A DNA stretch of 64,000 nt from Octopus vulgaris (taxonomy: Eukaryota). The position numbers and the translations under genes were made by a program. Where the stretch lies: assembly GCA_951406725.2 (NCBI GenBank), contig OX597820.1:69192001-69256000 (forward strand), in the 5' to 3' direction. Under the pieces are notes generated by a model. The model was not told the origin of the DNA. It searched no databases and was given only the letters and a program-made list of their open reading frames with translations. Shown in pieces: positions 57,556 through 64,000 of this stretch (positions within the stretch are counted from its first letter, which is position 1; the number at the start of each line of letters is the position of its first letter).

Positions 57556-58188
57556 GTATACATTTATATCCACATCTATTATAACTATAAATATGAATAT
57601 ATATAAATATATTGATAATACGTATACAGTATATTACATAATATGTGTTTAATGTTCTTCGCTAAAATTTCATATGTTTTTTTTTTTTTCATATAATTCA
57701 TATATAATTTCATTATTTCTTTTTTACAGCAAAACATCATGACTTTATGATTTCAGTAGTGCGCCTCTCTCCACTTCTTTTACGCTCTACGTTATTCTGT
57801 TATGTATAAATACACGCGCACATACGTATATCTTTATACACGTATGCGCCCGCGTATATATATATATATACGGTGCTATGAAGCACTCAACTTCTAATAA
57901 TATGATATGTATACTTTGTGCTGTATGTGTGTGTAATATAACACAATAAGATGATTTTTATGTATATGCGTGTGTGCAAGTATGTATATATTGATGTATG
58001 CGTGTATATGCTTAAAATTTGATCTCTATATTGTTTATTGTCTGCCGCATAATCATTTAGTAATTTACCTATCCACTTCAGTTTCTGTAAACACGTACTT
58101 CCCGCCGCTTTGTTTTATTTACTTGATTCTCTCTCACTCTCACTCTCTCTCCCACACACGCACATATGTGTGTGTGTGCGTGTGTTTC

Positions 58189-58221
<33 letters not shown>

Positions 58222-58590
58222 CCAAGGTGGTGCTTCAGTCAAATGATTGAAACAAGTAAAAGAATAATAGAAAAAAAATATATATATATATATATACACA
58301 CGCAGGTACGGATACACACTGAATATACGCATATATACACAAACGTATACTGCTTATTTTATGTATGTAAATATGCATCATACATATATACACAGACACG
58401 AATAACCAAATTCATGTAATACGCACACACACACACACACGTACACACAAATAAGAAAATGTACATATAAGTATACATACATGTGCATATCTGTTTATAT
58501 TCGAACGCGCGCATCAGTATATATATGTATACATGTGCTACCATATAATGTAGCTTAAAGCGCCACCAACACCACCTCCACCACCACCAT

Positions 58591-58634
<44 letters not shown>

Positions 58635-58802
58635 TTACTACTACTACTACTATCGTGGCTGCTGTTGTTGATGTTTACGCCCCAGGCCAAACTCGATCAG
58701 TCAGATCTGTGGTAAAAGTGTTCCAGCTCTGGACGTCGTATATTAGAATATGTTGGACTTAAAATCGTCAAAGACACGTTACCAGTATTTAAAAAAAAAA
58801 TA

Positions 58803-59095
58803 TTATGTTACATAGTTCGAGGTAATTCTACCTGCCAATTTTATCCGGTTGGGCAACCAACCATGCAGAGGAGACGCATTGATGCTATTGTTGCTGCAAA
58901 CGCAACTATGTTTTTGCTAGCATCGATGCATCATTTCATACAAGCCTTGGCCTCTGTCCACTCCCCACTCTTTCACACCGGTTCAAATAGTTCATAATAA
59001 GGTCTTTAACCTCCGACGAGTTATTGAAGCAGTTATTACGATATATAACCTCAGTACACACATGTTTAGCCACACATATGCATATTTAGCCTTTC

Positions 59096-59148
<53 letters not shown>

Positions 59149-59251
59149 ACACATACACATACGTATGAATATATGTGAAAGTAAGTGTTTACACAGACAC
59201 ACAAACGCGCGTGTGCACACACACGCACACACATACACACACTTATATATG

Positions 59252-59286
<35 letters not shown>

Positions 59287-59443
59287 CCGTGTCCGTACGT
59301 ATAGGTATAGTGCTGCAAATAGGAAAGATAGAACTCAAAACATAAGTATATATATATATGTATACGTGTGTGTATATATATATATATTAATATTTACCGC
59401 AAGCAACAGAGTGACTCAGGAGTTAAGAGTTTCATGCGTTAGT

Positions 59444-59484
<41 letters not shown>

Positions 59485-59586
59485 AGGAAATAATTTACCG
59501 TCACAAGAGAAAGTACAAAAAGACCATGTGCTATTTTGTGGCTAAAGAGTCTACGACTCTCATATATAAATTTATATACATATATA

Positions 59587-59630
<44 letters not shown>

Positions 59631-59641
59631 TATGTGTGTGT

Positions 59642-59679
<38 letters not shown>

Positions 59680-60569
59680 ATATATGTATATTTAAGATAG
59701 GGTTAAAATCCAAATTGTGTCCTCTTGAAGTACATTTGTTTTATTCCTCTATTCCAACACATATCTAGAAGTTCTATAATTGTGCGAGGTATAAATAACG
59801 GTTGAAAATATTTTCAAAAATATTTTCTGCAATGTAATTATTCATAAAAAAAGATTAGGAAAATTTCATAGCATTATATTCTGTCCGAAAATTTTCTTAT
59901 AGGTGATATCTTATATGTTTCTCTTAGATGTAAAATTTTGTAACTCTTATTAGCAAATGAAACGTGTGTAATGGTGAATAAATAATATGAAATTTTCCAA
60001 TCTCTTGGTTTCATACACACGCACACACACACACACATTCACACGCACACACTCTCTGTCACAGACACACACACACACACACACATGTTTGTGCGTGTTG
60101 TGTTTGTACGTATTCGACTAATATACAATACACAGAAGTAGTTATTTAGATAGGTAGATAGAGCGATAGATAGACAGAGAGATAGACAGACAGTTAAACA
60201 GATAGACAGACAGATAGACAGATAGACAGATAGATATATAGATAAATGGATAGATAAGTATGTAGATGGATGGATAGATAAGCATGCAGATAGATAGATA
60301 AATGGATGGATAGAGAGAAAGATAGATAGATACATACATACATACATACATACATACATACATACATACATACATACGCAGGGGCAAATTTTATATTCAT
60401 GCAATCTTTCACAGGTATTTTCTAATATATGCAGAAGGCCTGAAATTTGGAGGGAGGGGTTGGTCGAAAAAAAATCAACCTTATACTTGCTGGTACTTTA
60501 TTTTATCCTCCACCGTTGCCCAACCGGATAAAATTGGCAGGTAGAATTACCTCGAATTATTTAACATAG
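58803..60569. repeat. Long-range inverted repeat, 55-bp arms with a 42-bp perfect core
   Basis: 58816-58857 is the exact reverse complement of 60515-60556 (GTTGCCCAACCGGATAAAATTGGCAGGTAGAATTACCTCGAA). The match extends 13 more nt with 3 differences. Confidence 0.95.
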
Positions 60570-60969
60570 TTGAACTTGATGGAATATGAACTCAGAACGC
60601 CAGAAAATGTAGCTAAGTAAACCCAGGTACTTTGTTTGAAGCTTCAGCAAGTCTTTTTGTCCCTCATCACCGCTTGACAATCGGTGTTGGTGTGTTCACG
60701 TCTCTACTACTTAGCGGTTCGGAAAAGAGAACGATAAAGTACCAGTCTAAAAATAAAGTATTTTGGTCGATTCGTTCGACTCATAATCTGTTTTCTCTCT
60801 GTTGTCGATCAAGGTCTCATGGGTCCGGTTACTTGGTTTCCATGGGGTGTAAGTGATCGCGATCGCAACATTCTCCTGAAGAGGATGCCGGTCCGTTGCC
60901 AGGTTCAAGACTAGCAATTTTTATGGGAGCAGGCGACTCGGTTCCAAATATTCTCCTGCTTGACGTCTT

Positions 60970-61104
60970 AATTATTTTATCAACTTCATAATGACGAAAG
61001 TAAAGTTGACCTCGGCGGAATTTGAACTCGGAACGTTAGGAACCAGAAGAAACGATGCTGATCATTTTGTCCGACGTGTTAACGAATCTGCCAGCTCGTC
61101 GCTT
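60970..61104 (-). mobile_element. tRNA-derived SINE family B fragment
   Basis: AAAGTTGACCTCGGCGGAATTTGAACTCGGAACG...TCTGCCAGCTCGTCGC. Confidence 0.85.
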
Positions 61105-61167
61105 GCTTTTAATATCGGGTCTGTGTAAATTCAGAACGTATGACAGAGTAGTCTAATAAAAGTTCCA

Positions 61168-61323
61168 GGGGTGGTTGTGCGGTAAGAAGCTTCCTTCCCA
61201 ACAACATAGTTCCGGGTTCAGTCTCATCGTGTGGCACCTTGGGCAAGTGTCTTGAACTATAACCTCAGGACGACCAAAGCCTTATGAGTGGATTTGGTAA
61301 ACGAAAACTAAAAAAAAAAACCG

Positions 61324-61374
<51 letters not shown>

Positions 61375-61565
61375 CATATGTATATGTGTGTGTGTGGTTG
61401 TTCCTCCTCACCAGGAGAATCAGTGTTGGTAAATTTATGTTAGCGGTTAGGCAAAAGAGAACGATAGAATAATTACTAGGCTTTACAAAATAATAATAAT
61501 GGGAGCTAAATTCTTCAAGGCGGTGCCCCAGCATGATCGCAGTTTAATGATTGAAACAGCTAAAA
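61168..61565 (+). mobile_element. tRNA-derived SINE family A
   Basis: TTCCGGGTTCAGTC..GTGGCACCTTGGGCAAGTGTCTT, internal (TA)n, and tail AAGGCGGTGCCCCAGCATG. Confidence 0.9.
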
Positions 61566-61672
61566 TATGTCGTTTGAATATTATTAGAAACTCAGGTATT
61601 TCAGAACCCACGAAAGTCAACTCTTATGTGGCCACTCCACATTTTAAAGGTAGCAGGAAAATCTCTTTCATG

Positions 61673-62090
61673 TAACCCTTTTAATACTAACCAACATGAG
61701 TCTGAATCTGGTTTCATGACACAGACTTTGTATTTTAAAGACGTCTAGGTTAAAATATTTCATTAAATTTTCATGTTAATTTTTTCCAAACACCAGTTTA
61801 ATTATGACAAAGTTATTTTATAAAATTCTTTATTTTAAAAATCAATTTAAACAATGGCGAAGTATTACCATTTTTGATACAAACCGGTCTTAGACAGACC
61901 GTGATTCTGTAACACAAATATTCTGTTTAAATTTATCTAAATTAACATCTATCAAAATTTCATGATAATTTGTTCCAAAGACTAACTTAGTAATGAGTAA
62001 GTTATTTTATGAAAAATTCTTCATTTTAAAAATTAATTTTGAAGCAAAGGGTTTGTATTACAACAGAAACGCAATAACAAAACGTGTTAA
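61673..62090. mobile_element. Two tandem copies of a ~200-bp AT-rich MITE-like element (possibly piggyBac-type)
   Basis: Units ~61673-61864 and ~61865-62090 share AAATTTCATG.TAATTT.TTCCAAA and AAGTTATTTTAT..AAATTCTT.ATTTTAAAAAT. Degenerate ends are TAACCCTTTT and AAAACGTGTTAA (TTAA-CCC type). Confidence 0.5.
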
Positions 62091-62539
62091 ATTTGTAGAA
62101 CCGGTTTTAAAAGATGTTAGATAAGGTACCACTGGTTAATAACCTGGATGGTCGAGGCTGAAATAATTTTAATCATACGTTTGTTCCCTCAGAGCTGAAC
62201 TGGGATCACACATCAGAAACAACAACCACAGCAACTACAACAACACATTTGTCTAAATGTCAAAGAGAAAAGCTTTTATGTGGTCACTAGATTCGCTAGA
62301 GACAGCAGTTGAGTTTGTCTCATAAAACTGCATGGCTCATTGCATAATGCAATGCAAAGTTATGTGAGTTGGCCATGGTTTGAGGCTCAGAATATAAATG
62401 TGCTCAATCAAACCTGACCCTGGAGAGGGGTTTAAATAACAACAATAGTACCAGCAACAACAGCATGTGTAGCAGCAGGAACAGTAGTAATAAGTGGACT
62501 GTGAACTTCTCGATATCAGCTTCATATAATATTGAACCT

Positions 62540-62790
62540 AGTACTTAATTTTAAGTCCAGTACTTATATCAGGCTTTTGCCGAATCACTAACTGACGGGA
62601 TGTAAATAAAACAACGTCGATTGTCAAGCAATGATGAGACCACACGCACACACGCACACACGCAAATACACATATATACACGAGGGGCTTCCGCACTGTT
62701 TCCGTCTACTATATTACTCACAAAAAGAAGACTCTTGCTTAAGGGATTGAACCCGAGGACACGTGGTTGCGAAGCTACATCTTCACTCGG
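62540..62790 (-). mobile_element. Decayed SINE family A
   Basis: TTTTGCCGAATCACTAA.TGACGGG, CGAGGGGCTTC..TTTCCGTCTAC and GGGATTGAACCC match the reverse complement of family A. Confidence 0.8.
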
Positions 62791-62959
62791 ATAGCTAAAT
62801 ATTTAAGAAAAACTAAAACAAAGAAACATGAAATATAAACTACAGCAAATCAAGATAAAATATAATGGTCGAAGCTGGGAAACCTTTTTGATGATGGTTC
62901 TGCACTCAACCCCGATTGAATAGGGAACTGCAACACAAACGATATCGGTATTAGAGAAG

Positions 62960-63052
62960 ATGGTGCAAGCTATTGTATATATTGTTATGAAACCGGTAAA
63001 GGAATTTCCGAGCGATTGGTTATTATACGCAGATACACTCTTCAAAATGAAG
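62960..63052 (+). CDS. Weak candidate first coding exon (MVQAIVYIVMKPVKEFPSDWLLYADTLFKMK, phase 0)
   Basis: Lies in a unique island (62860-63055) with start context AAGATGG. Possible donors are CCG|GTAAAG (62995/62996) or AAG|GTAGTT (63052/63053). Confidence 0.2.
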
Positions 63053-63348
63053 GTAGTTATACATGAATATACACATTCATTGACAGATATATAGATATAT
63101 GCATATATGTGTGTATGTGTATGTAAACACAAAATCATATATGTTTATGTGTACACACACGCACACACAGGTAGTGACGAGCATGTCTACTAAACAAAAT
63201 ATTTCGATACAACTAAAATATTTCACACATACATACACACACGTTATGAACAATATTAATATATACAACATAAAAAATATATTTTTATATATGTATATAG
63301 ATAGATGATATAAAAAAACCTACATAAATACATATATAAACAATATAT

Positions 63349-63395
<47 letters not shown>

Positions 63396-63905
63396 AATAT
63401 GTATTACATATATGTATTACATACACATAAACAGACGTATAAATGTGTATCTGCGCGCCAAAACTGACATACATAGAAATTCATCAACAATTTTACGTAT
63501 TTGTTTAAAGTTTAATGTAATAACAGTCCTGAATGTGCCTTAATTTCCTCTCACCAACTCCACAATAATGCATAATTTGATAGAGTTTAGAGTTAGTTAT
63601 ATACATGCATATACAGAGCGCTTGTATGTGTACGAGCATGTGTGTGCGCGCACGCGTATGTGTGCGTGCGTACGTACGTGTATGTATGTACGAGTGTATG
63701 CATGTATATATTTGGCACGCGTAATTGTTTGTGTGAAAACATCAATCTTAGCAACATAAAAAGCAATAATATATGTATTTTACCCTATATTAGAAATGTT
63801 TAAATTTTCTATAGAAAACACACACAAACTTACATACGTGCAAAAAAATGCACGTGTTTTTATGTACTTCTGCTCATTCATGTTATTGAAATAAATTATA
63901 AGCGC

Positions 63906-64000
<95 letters not shown>

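Noticed and set aside
62803-63138. 111-aa hydrophobic minus-strand ORF
   Set aside because: It starts in microsatellite sequence and has no convincing minus-strand splice sites or recognisable domain.

Overview
This is AT-rich eukaryotic DNA saturated with (TA)n, (CA)n, (GATA)n, (CATA)n and trinucleotide microsatellites and several tRNA-derived SINE families. The repeat content matches what I know of octopus (coleoid cephalopod) genomes, but that assignment is an inference. No complete protein-coding gene, rRNA, tRNA gene or CRISPR array is visible, and almost all ORFs in the supplied track are microsatellite translation artefacts. Well-supported features are about 15 SINE copies (two with clean target-site duplications, TSDs), an internally deleted hAT transposon with an 8-bp TSD, a mariner-type MITE, a decayed L1/Tx1-like LINE 3' end and a tandem TTAA-type MITE pair. 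Short unique islands between the repeats look like + strand promoters and short first exons of one very large, unidentified gene. The most interesting signals are a textbook recursive-splice junction with a 105-nt RS-exon (25100-25204), an array of candidate alternative first exons, and two near-perfect long-range inverted copies of local sequence pasted into old SINEs. Those copies would form dsRNA in the pre-mRNA and are possible ADAR substrates.
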